Of a DNA stretch of 64,000 nt, positions 17,521 through 27,284 are shown in pieces (within the stretch, counting starts at the first letter, position 1; each line of letters begins with the position of its first letter). This DNA comes from a virus. Lineage: Duplodnaviria > Caudoviricetes. Position numbers and translations under genes: made by a program. The stretch spans positions 1-64,000 of IMG/VR virus record IMGVR_UViG_3300001531_000060; one strand, written 5' to 3'. The notes beneath the pieces were generated by a model. The model saw only the letters and a list, made by a program, of their open reading frames with translations, was not told where the DNA came from and ran no database searches.

Positions 17521-18303
17521 GTGCAAATTAGAGTTCTATCAGATATACATGAAGATATTAATGAAAGATATCCTTTGAATTATAACGATGATGTATTTAC
17601 AGTTATAGCTGGGGATATTAGCGGTGATCCGATTAATGGAGTTGTTTGGGTTAAAAAGAATATTAAAAATGGATTACTTGTTCATGGTAATCATGATTTT
17701 GTTTATAATACATTGGGTTTGACATTTCAAGAACAACAAGATGCTTATACTAATTGTTTCCCTTTGGATAGTAATGTTTCATATTTAAATAATCAGTATA
17801 AGATTATTGATGATATTGTATTTATCGGTTGCTGTTTATATACAAATTATAAATATAATGGTAGTGTTACCGGTAATATGAAACTTGCTTCAAAAGGTTT
17901 AAATGATTTTAGATGGGGACAGATAAAAGAAAATGATAACATTGTAAGACTTGAACCAAGACACTATCTTGCAATGTTTAAAGAATCATTTGACTTTATT
18001 AAACATACATTAAAAAAGTTTGAGGATAAGAAATGTGTTTTAATTACACATCATGGAGTTAGTCCTTTACAGATTGCTCCAAAATATTTTACAAGTAATA
18101 TTAACGCTTCTTATATTTCAGATTTAACAAAGTTTATTGAAAAACAAAAGAATTTGAAACTAATTGTTACCGGACATATACATACAAGTAGTGATATAAT
18201 GATAGGTAATACCAGAGTTATCTGTAATCCTTACGGTTATAGAAGTTCTGTTTATGGAGAATGTAATTTGAATTTTAATCCAAATTTAATTGTAGAGGTA
18301 TAA
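17521..18303 (+). CDS. calcineurin-like metallophosphoesterase
   Basis: SDIH, AGD, GNHD, THH, GHIH. Confidence 0.85.
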   Translation: MQIRVLSDIHEDINERYPLNYNDDVFTVIAGDISGDPINGVVWVKKNIKNGLLVHGNHDFVYNTLGLTFQEQQDAYTNCFPLDSNVSYLNNQYKIIDDIVFIGCCLYTNYKYNGSVTGNMKLASKGLNDFRWGQIKENDNIVRLEPRHYLAMFKESFDFIKHTLKKFEDKKCVLITHHGVSPLQIAPKYFTSNINASYISDLTKFIEKQKNLKLIVTGHIHTSSDIMIGNTRVICNPYGYRSSVYGECNLNFNPNLIVEV

Positions 18304-18312
18304 TTATATATC

Positions 18313-18618
18313 ATGCATGAAATAATTCGATTTGTACAAAATAATCCGCATGTAATATTATATTATAAAGTTGAAGGAGAAAGTTTACAAATATATACGT
18401 TATGTAATGAAATCATTAATATCAGACCAATTAAATTGAAACGTAAGAAAAATTTTTATGAGGTTATTGTAACCGTTATAGACGGTAATGATTGTGATTA
18501 CCAAGCCTATACATTAAATATTATTGACGTATTTAGATTACTTAACGATTATATCTGTAATTTTTACAGGGAACCATATTTTGAAGATGAAGAAGAAGGA
18601 GATTTAAATGAGTTATAA
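18313..18618 (+). CDS. hypothetical protein
   Basis: 101-aa ORF in operon. Confidence 0.55.
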   Translation: MHEIIRFVQNNPHVILYYKVEGESLQIYTLCNEIINIRPIKLKRKKNFYEVIVTVIDGNDCDYQAYTLNIIDVFRLLNDYICNFYREPYFEDEEEGDLNEL

Positions 18619-19225
18619 TTATATACTCGGTTTTGATAATGGAACCACCGCACATTTTACATTAGTTGATATTACCGGTAAATTACTTGCATTTGAGAAT
18701 GTACCTACATATCAACAAGTAAGTTGGAGTAAACCTACAAAGAGAAAATATAAAACGAAGAATGGCTACGTAACAAAACCATATCAGGCACATTTTACAT
18801 TTATAGATATTGATAAACTAAAGTCCAGACTTTCCGACTTAATTTCAGATTCAAAAGAAGTAATCTGTTATTTAGAAAGACCTGCAGTTAATTATCATGC
18901 AGGATGGGCAATGCAAAGTTCATTATCTGCTTTCGGTGCTTGGCTATCTGTATTATATGTATTAAATTCTTTAGGTATTAAATATGAGATGATTGATTCA
19001 AAACAATGGCAGAACGGAATGATACCGGAAGCTACCGGAAAGAATAATAAAGAATATGTAAGAAGTTTAGAGAAAGGCGAGAGAAATAAACTTCTTAAAA
19101 AAGCCGCAGATAAATTGGCAAAAGAATTGTATCCTTCAATTAAATTGCCTCGTGAAGGTGATGGTGATTCAATATGTATATCTGAATATTATCGAAGAGT
19201 GCAATTAAAAAATAAGTGTATTTAA
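18608..19225 (+). CDS. RuvC-like Holliday junction resolvase
   Basis: ILGFDNG (Asp1), CYLERP (Glu), C-terminal DGDSICI. Confidence 0.75.
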   Translation: MSYNYILGFDNGTTAHFTLVDITGKLLAFENVPTYQQVSWSKPTKRKYKTKNGYVTKPYQAHFTFIDIDKLKSRLSDLISDSKEVICYLERPAVNYHAGWAMQSSLSAFGAWLSVLYVLNSLGIKYEMIDSKQWQNGMIPEATGKNNKEYVRSLEKGERNKLLKKAADKLAKELYPSIKLPREGDGDSICISEYYRRVQLKNKCI

Positions 19226-20079
19226 CAAAGGTAATTTATATGAAATTATTTAGTAATTATGTTAGATCACATAAAAGATGCGAATTAAAAATTTTAGCAA
19301 AGTATTACTTAACACAAGAAGTTAAAGATGTTCTAAGTAAATATAATTTAACTTTGTATGAACTTTGTTATAGGATAAAGTATAATATTTCTTTAGATAA
19401 AATATTTGTATGTAAATATTGTGGTAAACCTACGCATTTTTTAGGTATGAAGGGTTACTCTAAAGCATGTAGTGTTAAGTGTGAATTAGTTAATAGAAAT
19501 AAGTCTCAAGAACATAAAGATAAAAAGAAACAAACTTGTTTAAAAAGATTTGGTGAAAGTAATTATGCAAAGACTCAAAAGTTTAAGGAGTTTATAAAAG
19601 ATCATATTAATGAAATACAAGTGAAGTCTTATAACACAAAAAAGAAGAATAATTCATTTCATACTTCAAAAGATGAAAATGAAGCATATGATTTACTTTT
19701 AACTAAATTTACTAAAGATGATATTATTAGGCAATATAAATCAGAAGTCTATCCCTTCGTCTGCGATTTTTATATTAAATCTCTAGACTTATATATAGAG
19801 TATAATGGGACTTGGACTCACGGCTATGATATAAATGGTAAATGTTTAGGTAGTTTTGATGAAAATAATTTAGAACATATTAAGTTATTAGAATTTTGGG
19901 AGAATAAATCTAAAGAAGTAAATTTTAAAAAGAAAGTTAAAACATATTATAAAAATGCAATTTATACCTGGACTGTATTAGATGTTAAGAAATTAGAAAC
20001 GTTTAGAAAGAATAACTTAAATTATAAAATATTTTGGAATTTAGAAGAAGTTAAAAATTGGATAGATAATCTTGTATAA
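19216..20079 (+). CDS. putative homing endonuclease, Vsr/DUF559-like PD-(D/E)xK domain
   Basis: CKYC..C..C Zn motif; CDFYIKSLDLYIEYNGTWTHG; paralogue of 37598-38548. Confidence 0.7.
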   Translation: MYLTKVIYMKLFSNYVRSHKRCELKILAKYYLTQEVKDVLSKYNLTLYELCYRIKYNISLDKIFVCKYCGKPTHFLGMKGYSKACSVKCELVNRNKSQEHKDKKKQTCLKRFGESNYAKTQKFKEFIKDHINEIQVKSYNTKKKNNSFHTSKDENEAYDLLLTKFTKDDIIRQYKSEVYPFVCDFYIKSLDLYIEYNGTWTHGYDINGKCLGSFDENNLEHIKLLEFWENKSKEVNFKKKVKTYYKNAIYTWTVLDVKKLETFRKNNLNYKIFWNLEEVKNWIDNLV

Positions 20080-20103
20080 ATTAAAAAATAAAGGTAATTA
20101 AAA

Positions 20104-20361
20104 ATGAGAAAAACTAAAAATATATGGTCAGTTAAATGTACAGCTACAGATCAAGATTTTGCAATAACAAAATATACAGATAATATAGTTTTAAATTTAA
20201 GAACCTTAGAAGTCAATGTAATTGTTTTAGCAGATAAAAAAGATTATGACTTGATTTTAAATGAAAAATATTATAAAATAATAGATACTTTCGATGTTTT
20301 TGATCTTAAAGTATTGTCAAAACTATTCGAAGGTAGAAGTATAAAATTTAAAAGGAAATAA
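20104..20361 (+). CDS. hypothetical protein
   Basis: 85-aa ORF, AAGG RBS. Confidence 0.55.
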   Translation: MRKTKNIWSVKCTATDQDFAITKYTDNIVLNLRTLEVNVIVLADKKDYDLILNEKYYKIIDTFDVFDLKVLSKLFEGRSIKFKRK

Positions 20362-20371
20362 GGAAACTAAA

Positions 20372-20698
20372 ATGAAACAGAAAAAAGAAACAGGATTTAG
20401 AAAGTATGATCAAGGCAAACTTCGTTATGATTTGATGCCTGCAAAAGTTTTAGAGCAAGTAGTAGATGTATTAACTTATGGAGCAAATAAATATACAACA
20501 AAAGATTCAGATGGTTCAAATAACTGGCATAAATGTCCAGATCCAAATAACAGATATTATGCCGCAGCTATGCGACATATACAAGCCTGGAGACAAGGAG
20601 AAATATTAGATAAAGAAAGTGGTAAGCCTCACCTAGCACATGCTATATGTTGCTTGACTTTTATTTTAGAATTTGCTAATATGCAAAACCATAAATAA
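20372..20698 (+). CDS. dATP/dGTP diphosphohydrolase-domain protein (DUF5664-like)
   Basis: KYDQGKLRYDL, YGANKY, NW, AAMRH, DxESGxPHLAHA. Confidence 0.8.
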   Translation: MKQKKETGFRKYDQGKLRYDLMPAKVLEQVVDVLTYGANKYTTKDSDGSNNWHKCPDPNNRYYAAAMRHIQAWRQGEILDKESGKPHLAHAICCLTFILEFANMQNHK

Positions 20699-20711
20699 GT
20701 GAGGTGATTCA

Positions 20712-21401
20712 ATGGAACTATATACACCGAAAGATATACAGGAATTAAAGATATTACAAGATAAGGTTATGAATTGTCCTAAATGTGGAGGTTCAGATTA
20801 TACTTGTGAGTGTGTTAAAGATTATAAATTTTTACACGGTATGATTATGTCTGCGATTCCATCCAAATATAGATATGCAGATATAAATAATATTCAAGTT
20901 GCTACATTAAAAGATAGTTTAAAAGCAATAAAAAATTATGTTAAGAATTTAAAAGAAAATAAAGAAGCAGGACTTGGCTTATATCTTTACGGTACAACCG
21001 GTACAGGTAAAAGTTATGTAGCTTGTTACGTATTAGAACAAGCATTACAGAAAGGTTATAGCGCATTTTTCTGTACAGTAGAACAATATAAGCGTGCTTT
21101 ATTTGATAAGGATTCGGATTACATTTATAATGTAAACGAATCTGACTTTACTTTAATAGACGATTATGGTAGAGAGTTTTCAGATACAAAAGGTTTTATA
21201 GATTCACAAGTAGATGAAATGCTTCGCTATAGATATGATAGAAATAAATCTACAATTATTACAAGTAATATACTTTCTAAAGATATAGAAAACTTAAGAA
21301 TAAAATCAATATTGTATGATGCTTATATTAAGTTACCGTTTGAAAGTGTTGACTATCGTAAATCATTAGGAGGTCTTAATGCCAAAAAAAGTATTAGGTA
21401 A
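20712..21401 (+). CDS. DnaC/IstB-like ATPase (helicase loader)
   Basis: Walker A GTTGTGKS, Walker B LIDDYG, TIITSN; N-terminal CPKC. Confidence 0.8.
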   Translation: MELYTPKDIQELKILQDKVMNCPKCGGSDYTCECVKDYKFLHGMIMSAIPSKYRYADINNIQVATLKDSLKAIKNYVKNLKENKEAGLGLYLYGTTGTGKSYVACYVLEQALQKGYSAFFCTVEQYKRALFDKDSDYIYNVNESDFTLIDDYGREFSDTKGFIDSQVDEMLRYRYDRNKSTIITSNILSKDIENLRIKSILYDAYIKLPFESVDYRKSLGGLNAKKSIR

Positions 21402-21675
21402 ACATCCGACAACAAAGAAACCTTTATATAAAAAAGATGTAGATGACTTAACTAACAACACTCTTAAAATAAAGAAAGAGTTAATTAAGCGATATAAAAA
21501 TGTTCCACCGGTAACATTATTACATTTAGCAATTGCTATATGTTTGAAGTATCCAATATATATTACAGAGTCACCGGATTTAAATGATGACAAAGCTTAT
21601 ATAAAAAAGAAATATAAAATACAAGTTGGTCATATGTATGAGTTTTCAAATATTAATGAAGGAGTAATATTGTAA
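21379..21675 (+). CDS. hypothetical protein
   Basis: 98-aa ORF with GGAGG RBS between loader and helicase. Confidence 0.5.
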   Translation: MPKKVLGKHPTTKKPLYKKDVDDLTNNTLKIKKELIKRYKNVPPVTLLHLAIAICLKYPIYITESPDLNDDKAYIKKKYKIQVGHMYEFSNINEGVIL

Positions 21676-21676
21676 C

Positions 21677-23002
21677 ATGGATTTAAATTTAGAATTCACA
21701 AGTCATATATTTAAAAATAAAGAAGATCTTTTATCTATACTTAGTAAACCTTTTGATTTTAATTGTATAGATTTCGTAACTCCAGGATTTTCAGCATCAA
21801 GATCAGCTTGTTATTGTATTATAAATTTTTATAAAACATATAATGAATTATTAACATTATCTCAAGCAGAAACATTTGTAACAAATATTTGTTCAAATCC
21901 AGAACAGATTGTACCTATATTACAATATTTAAAACAAGCAAATGATTATGTACCTACTACAAACTTTACATTTTTATTAGATACAATTAGAAAAGAATAT
22001 AGTTTGTATATAATAAAGAATTCTTTATTAGATGTAACAAACTCTCTAGACTCAGCAGATTTAGACTCTATAGTTTCTAAGATGCAGAAAGGTTTAAATA
22101 AAGTTAATTCTCTCGAGAATACTGAAGTTGTTGAAGGAGATTTAGCATTAAGTTTAGACGAGTTTTACGATAAGTATAAAAAAGTACAACAAGGTGAAAT
22201 GTCTGTTGGGTTACAAACAGGATTTCCTACATTTGATAAATCTACAGGTGGATTGAAAGCAGGTGAACTTGATATTGTTATTGCAGGTTCTAATGAAGGT
22301 AAATCAGTTTTCTTAATTAATGTGGCAAAACATTTATATTTACAAGGAAAGAATATTTTATATTTTTCAATTGAGTTACCTAAAGATCAAATTATTCGTA
22401 GATTTATTTCCTTAGCAGCAAATATAAATATTGATAGATTTAGAGATGGAATACTAACTCCGGATGAGAATACACGATTTATAAATACGATGCAAGAATT
22501 TAAACAGAGAGAAAATATATTTTATATTGTAGACAATCCTACTTGTAATGCTGATACAATTGCAGCTAAGTATGAAGAAATTTCAGCGAAACATAAAATA
22601 GATTTAATTCTAATAGATTATTTAGGTATTATGCGTCCTAAAAAATCAACAGGGCAGAAATGGGAAGAGCTTGGTAATATCGCTTTAGATGTAAGACATT
22701 TAGCAAGAACATTTAAAATACCTGTACTTACTGCTATGCAGGTTAAATCAGAAGCAGTAAAGAATTCAAAGAATCCGGTTTATAATATGACAGATATTGC
22801 CAATTCATTTATGGTTATACATCATGCTGATACAGTATTAGCTTTAAAACTCAAAGATCCAGTCTCTGCAATGCAAGGACTTTCTATCGTAGAGATGACT
22901 GCTTCAACTCCGAAAGTTAGAGATGGACAGAAATGTCAGTTTGATATAACGGCGATGTTTGCAAATATGTGTATGAAGGAGCCTGTAAATGCAACTTTCT
23001 AG
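21677..23002 (+). CDS. DnaB-like replicative helicase
   Basis: GLQTGFPTFD..TGGL..GEL, Walker A variant AGSNEGKS, FSIEL, LIDYL, PVLTAMQ. Confidence 0.88.
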   Translation: MDLNLEFTSHIFKNKEDLLSILSKPFDFNCIDFVTPGFSASRSACYCIINFYKTYNELLTLSQAETFVTNICSNPEQIVPILQYLKQANDYVPTTNFTFLLDTIRKEYSLYIIKNSLLDVTNSLDSADLDSIVSKMQKGLNKVNSLENTEVVEGDLALSLDEFYDKYKKVQQGEMSVGLQTGFPTFDKSTGGLKAGELDIVIAGSNEGKSVFLINVAKHLYLQGKNILYFSIELPKDQIIRRFISLAANINIDRFRDGILTPDENTRFINTMQEFKQRENIFYIVDNPTCNADTIAAKYEEISAKHKIDLILIDYLGIMRPKKSTGQKWEELGNIALDVRHLARTFKIPVLTAMQVKSEAVKNSKNPVYNMTDIANSFMVIHHADTVLALKLKDPVSAMQGLSIVEMTASTPKVRDGQKCQFDITAMFANMCMKEPVNATF

Positions 23003-23504
23003 TTTACCACAATTAGATATTGTTTCAATTTTTAAACATTATAACTTTGACTTAAAAGAGTCTGGTGATAGATATGTTTGCTTATGTCCGTTTCATAATG
23101 ATCGTAATACGCCGAACCTTACAATATATCCGAAAACAAATTCCTTCTATTGTTTTACTTGTAAGAAGTCCGGTGATGCTTTAACACTTATTTCTTTTAT
23201 GGAAAATAAACCGATTCATGTAATTAAACAAGAATTAGGTACAACATTTTTAAAATATAAATTGACTTCTCAGTATAAGAAACCAGTAGATTTTTTTCAA
23301 AGTTTATTGAAGGATAGTTCCGAACTATTTTATAATTATATTAGAGCATATCCAAATAATATACAACATTATACGTGGTGTATGCAACAGTTTGATATGT
23401 ATTTAGAAGAACTTATAACTAATAAGATTGAAATTGATTTTACAAAGTATACACAAATACTTGACAATTTAAAAAAGATATTATATAATTTAGAAATTAA
23501 ATAA
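22989..23504 (+). CDS. CHC2 zinc-finger protein (DnaG zinc-binding domain only)
   Basis: CPFHND..P......FYCFTC; no Toprim domain in this ORF. Confidence 0.8.
   Translation: MQLSSLPQLDIVSIFKHYNFDLKESGDRYVCLCPFHNDRNTPNLTIYPKTNSFYCFTCKKSGDALTLISFMENKPIHVIKQELGTTFLKYKLTSQYKKPVDFFQSLLKDSSELFYNYIRAYPNNIQHYTWCMQQFDMYLEELITNKIEIDFTKYTQILDNLKKILYNLEIK
23461..23489 (+). promoter_or_regulatory. sigma70-type promoter inside the end of the CHC2 gene
   Basis: TTGACA, 17 nt, TATAAT. Confidence 0.7.
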
Positions 23505-23520
23505 GTAACAGGAGAAACAA

Positions 23521-23721
23521 ATGAAACAAGTAACAGTAACAAAAGGTTATTCTCAAACGATCTCGCAAGATTATAATTCGTACAAGTTCAGCGTATCATT
23601 AACAGAAACGTTTGAAGTAGCAAATGGTGAGGAGTTAAATCAGAAGTCTGCAGAGTTATTTCAAAAATGTATTAATATGGTAAATGCAGACATAGCAAAT
23701 GTATTCGGAGGTAGAAAATAA
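23521..23721 (+). CDS. hypothetical protein
   Basis: 66 aa, AGGAG RBS. Confidence 0.6.
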   Translation: MKQVTVTKGYSQTISQDYNSYKFSVSLTETFEVANGEELNQKSAELFQKCINMVNADIANVFGGRK

Positions 23722-24248
23722 TGCAATTAGAAAACGCAGAATTATTATCTTATACAGATTGTGAGCAGTATATTACTGAAGCAAAAGGTTTACGTGATGC
23801 AGTTAAGCTAGTTGAAGATCCTATTGCTGAATTAGGATTTAATGGAATAAATAAACAGTTGTCAAAAATTCAAGCATCAAAAGAAAGGATGACAGATATA
23901 TTATTACATGCATTAAAAAATAAATCTAATGCGCAAAGATTGGCAAATAATTCTAAAGCAAGTTATGGTGCTGAGTATGCTATCTTAATGAGTTCTGATC
24001 CGGAGGTTTTAGCACAGACATCTAAAGAAAAAAGAGAAGCTGCAGCAGCAGTTAAACTTAAAGAACAATATACAGAATTGCAAATAGCTGAAGATAATTT
24101 ATCACAAGCAAATTTATTTAATCAAGTTATATCTACGATTGCAAAAGATTTAGAGAATAAACAAGATTTACTTGAGAAGCAAATCGATTTAATAAAGATG
24201 TCTATGGTTGTACATCCAGATGTACGTGAACGTATGTCTACTAATTAA
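23721..24248 (+). CDS. helical hypothetical protein
   Basis: 175 aa coiled-coil pattern, GGAGG RBS. Confidence 0.6.
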   Translation: MQLENAELLSYTDCEQYITEAKGLRDAVKLVEDPIAELGFNGINKQLSKIQASKERMTDILLHALKNKSNAQRLANNSKASYGAEYAILMSSDPEVLAQTSKEKREAAAAVKLKEQYTELQIAEDNLSQANLFNQVISTIAKDLENKQDLLEKQIDLIKMSMVVHPDVRERMSTN

Positions 24249-24310
24249 GAGAAAATCTGTGAGGACCTCACAGATAATATATAATATTTTTGAACATAGG
24301 AGAGTAAAAA

Positions 24311-24994
24311 ATGATTTTAACAAGACAAGAAGCAAAGGATTACAGTAACGAACCAAGACCAGATTTGAATTATGTAGAGGATGGAATTTATCCTGCATCA
24401 TTCGTAAAATGCACAGAAGAACAAGGACAGTATGGGCCACAAATTAAATGGTTGTTTACATTGGATGAAGTAAACAAAATTAAGATTTTCGTAAGTTTAT
24501 TTACTTCTACATCATGGGCACCAGGAAATAAACTTGATGGCTTACTTGTATCATTAGGTATTGATACTACAAATAATTTTGATTTATCAACATTCAATAC
24601 TGATATGATAAAAGGTGGAACAAAAATTCTTTTGATGGTTTCAAAAAAGAAAAGTCAGAAGGGAAATATATATTTGAAGGTTGATAAATATTTACCTTAT
24701 TCACCTAATGCAAGAGGAGCAGAACCATTGATGTTCCCACAAGAACATATGATTATGCCAGAACCTCAACAACAGCCGCAACAGTTTCAGCAACAGCAAC
24801 CACCATTGAAAGTTAATTATCAAACAATTAAACCAATTAACAATCAACCTAATGGTATGTACCAACAATTTCAACAACAGCCATACACTACACCTGCACC
24901 AAATGTTGGTCAGAGAGTAACAAATCCAGGTAATCAACAAGGTTTTGTTAACGCACCACAAATCAAAAAAGTAGATTTCAACAGTAACCTTTAA
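24311..24994 (+). CDS. putative single-stranded DNA-binding protein
   Basis: OB-fold-like aromatic beta region plus Gln/Pro-rich tail, directly upstream of recA. Confidence 0.5.
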   Translation: MILTRQEAKDYSNEPRPDLNYVEDGIYPASFVKCTEEQGQYGPQIKWLFTLDEVNKIKIFVSLFTSTSWAPGNKLDGLLVSLGIDTTNNFDLSTFNTDMIKGGTKILLMVSKKKSQKGNIYLKVDKYLPYSPNARGAEPLMFPQEHMIMPEPQQQPQQFQQQQPPLKVNYQTIKPINNQPNGMYQQFQQQPYTTPAPNVGQRVTNPGNQQGFVNAPQIKKVDFNSNL

Positions 24995-25004
24995 TACTAA
25001 ATTA

Positions 25005-25034
25005 TATACACCCTTGTTGAATTACAAGGGTGTA
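25005..25034 (+). terminator. hairpin between ssb-like gene and recA
   Basis: ATACACCCTTGT-TGAATT-ACAAGGGTGTAT 12-bp stem; weak U tract. Confidence 0.55.
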
Positions 25035-25055
25035 TTATCTTAAGAGGTAAATACA

Positions 25056-26081
25056 ATGACAGAATTAAATGATAAATTGAAAAAATTAAAAGATTTAGGT
25101 ATAAGTTTTTCTATGGGAAATGACCAAGTAGAAATTGAAAGAATACCTTCTGGTTCAATTGGACTTGATCGTATACTTGGTGGTGGTTATCCTAGAGGTA
25201 GAATGATAGAATTTTACGGAGATTTTTCTAGTGGTAAATCTTTGATGGCATATCTTGCAATTAAAGAAGCACAAAAGCGAGGACTAACAACTGCATTAGT
25301 AGATGCAGAAAATTCCTATACTCAAGACTGGGCTATTAATTTAGGTATTGATCCAGAAAGATTATATGTAATTAGTGCACAAAATGAAAAGGGTGCTCCA
25401 AGATCTGGTGAGTCTTTATTAGAAGACGTAAGTAAATTAATTGAAGCTGAAATAGATTTAATTGTAGTTGATTCTGTATCTGCATTAACTCCTCAAATTG
25501 CTTTAGAGAAAGCTTTAGATGAAAGTACTGCTATGGCAGAACATGCTAGAATGTTATCTAAATGTTTACAGAAAGTTAATGCATATTTAGGAGCACATAA
25601 TAAAACATCTTTAATATTCATCAACCAGCAACGTTCTAATCCAAATGTTATGTTTGGTAATCCTAATAAATCAACTGGTGGTAAAGCATTGGAGTTTTAT
25701 GATGCAATAAAGATGCTTGTATTTAAACGTACAGGTTCCGAGTTTACTTATTATAAGGATGAAAAGAATAAAGATGAAGGATTGGTAGGACAGAGAATTA
25801 AAATAACAACAGAAAAGAATAAACTTTTTAGACCTAAAATGTCTTGTGAGTTTGATGTATTCTTTGATATCGGACCTAGAAATTTGAGTGTAGGTGTAGA
25901 TACTGTTGGAGAATTATTAACTGAATGTCTTAAAGCAGATATTATTACAAGACCAAATAACGTAACATATACGTATAAAGATCAAAACTTTAAAGGTCAA
26001 ATGGCTATAATGAAAGCAATTAAAGAAGATATGAAATTACAACAAGAATTGTTTGAGGCGTTAGGTAATGTATCTAACTAA
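25056..26081 (+). CDS. recA: RecA-family recombinase
   Basis: IPSGSIGLD..LGGGYPRGR..E.YG..SSGKS, VVDSV, FINQ.R, TGGKALEFY. Confidence 0.93.
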   Translation: MTELNDKLKKLKDLGISFSMGNDQVEIERIPSGSIGLDRILGGGYPRGRMIEFYGDFSSGKSLMAYLAIKEAQKRGLTTALVDAENSYTQDWAINLGIDPERLYVISAQNEKGAPRSGESLLEDVSKLIEAEIDLIVVDSVSALTPQIALEKALDESTAMAEHARMLSKCLQKVNAYLGAHNKTSLIFINQQRSNPNVMFGNPNKSTGGKALEFYDAIKMLVFKRTGSEFTYYKDEKNKDEGLVGQRIKITTEKNKLFRPKMSCEFDVFFDIGPRNLSVGVDTVGELLTECLKADIITRPNNVTYTYKDQNFKGQMAIMKAIKEDMKLQQELFEALGNVSN

Positions 26082-27132
26082 GATAGAATTAGAAAATTTT
26101 CAATCACACAAATCCACCGCTATTAATTTAGATGGTGGATTTGTATGTATTGCAGGTAGAACAAGATCTGGTAAGAGTTCTGTTTTACGTGCATTAAATT
26201 TTTTATTCAATGATGTTTGGTCAGACTCTTTTATTAGAACTGGTGAGAAGTCAGTTAAAGTTGCTGTAACTTTAGATAATGGAATTAAAGTTGTTAGAGA
26301 AAAAGGAAACGGATTAAATAAGATTACAGTTATAAATTCAGATGGAATATCTAAAGAGTTTACTAATTTTGGTATACAAGCTCCTGTAGAAATAAAACAT
26401 ATATTAGGAGTGTCACCATTAGTAATAGATTCTGATTATTCAGAGAATATAAATATTCATATGCAAGATGATCCTCATTTCTTATTAACGAAGTCTGCAC
26501 CTATGAAAACAAAGTTTATAAATAGATTAACACAGTTGCATATTGTTGACGCTGTTAATCGTGAATTAACTAAAGAGATGCAGGATAATAAACAATCATT
26601 AGAAGGATTAGAAAAATCAATTATAGAGTTAAGAGAAGTTTTAAAACAGTATGATAATTTGGAATCACATAAAAATTTTATATTACAATTACAAGAGAAA
26701 CTAAATGATTTATTAAAAGCATTTGAGACAATAAATTTAAAGTATGTTAATTTATTTAAACTAGCTACGAAGATGGCATCATATTTAAAATTAAAATTGT
26801 TTTATGAAAAGCGTGAGAAATTAATTAAGAAAACAATTGCACTGAAAGGAATAGTTGTTGACTACAATCGTATAAACAATATTTTATTATTATATGCAAA
26901 ACGTTTATATTTAAATAGATTAATTACTCTGCAGGAGAATACTTTAAATGTATACAACGAATTGTTGCAATATTATAAAAATTATGGTATAATACAAAGA
27001 TTAGAAAATTTACAACAGGATTTAAAGAATAAAGAGTTAGAACTTAAAGATCAAGAAGAATTTATAAAGTTAGGTAAGCAGGTAACAAAAGTTTGTCCGA
27101 CATGTAAAAGACCTTTATGGGAGAAAAAATAA
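26068..27132 (+). CDS. SbcC/Rad50-like ATPase, N-terminal half
   Basis: IELENFQSH, Walker A GRTRSGKSS, coiled coil, ends in CPTC hook. Confidence 0.85.
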   Translation: MYLTKIELENFQSHKSTAINLDGGFVCIAGRTRSGKSSVLRALNFLFNDVWSDSFIRTGEKSVKVAVTLDNGIKVVREKGNGLNKITVINSDGISKEFTNFGIQAPVEIKHILGVSPLVIDSDYSENINIHMQDDPHFLLTKSAPMKTKFINRLTQLHIVDAVNRELTKEMQDNKQSLEGLEKSIIELREVLKQYDNLESHKNFILQLQEKLNDLLKAFETINLKYVNLFKLATKMASYLKLKLFYEKREKLIKKTIALKGIVVDYNRINNILLLYAKRLYLNRLITLQENTLNVYNELLQYYKNYGIIQRLENLQQDLKNKELELKDQEEFIKLGKQVTKVCPTCKRPLWEKK

Positions 27133-27281
27133 TGGCAGGTATATTATTGTTATTATTAGTTGTCTGTGTTTTAGGACAGAAACCTAAAAATAATTATAAT
27201 GATGAATCTAATGAAAATAATGTAGTAGATATTAAGAAAATAGAGTCATCAATAAATCTTGAGAATTTATTTGAGGATTAA
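27132..27281 (+). CDS. 49-aa membrane peptide (not in ORF track)
   Basis: TAATG overlap with the upstream stop; MAGILLLLLVVCVLG. Confidence 0.45.
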   Translation: MAGILLLLLVVCVLGQKPKNNYNDESNENNVVDIKKIESSINLENLFED

Positions 27282-27284
27282 TTT

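Noticed and set aside
20372-20698. DUF5664 protein as proof of a modified-base genome
   Set aside because: No purZ, 7-deazaguanine or hydroxymethylase genes in the window, and the domain is widespread in phages.
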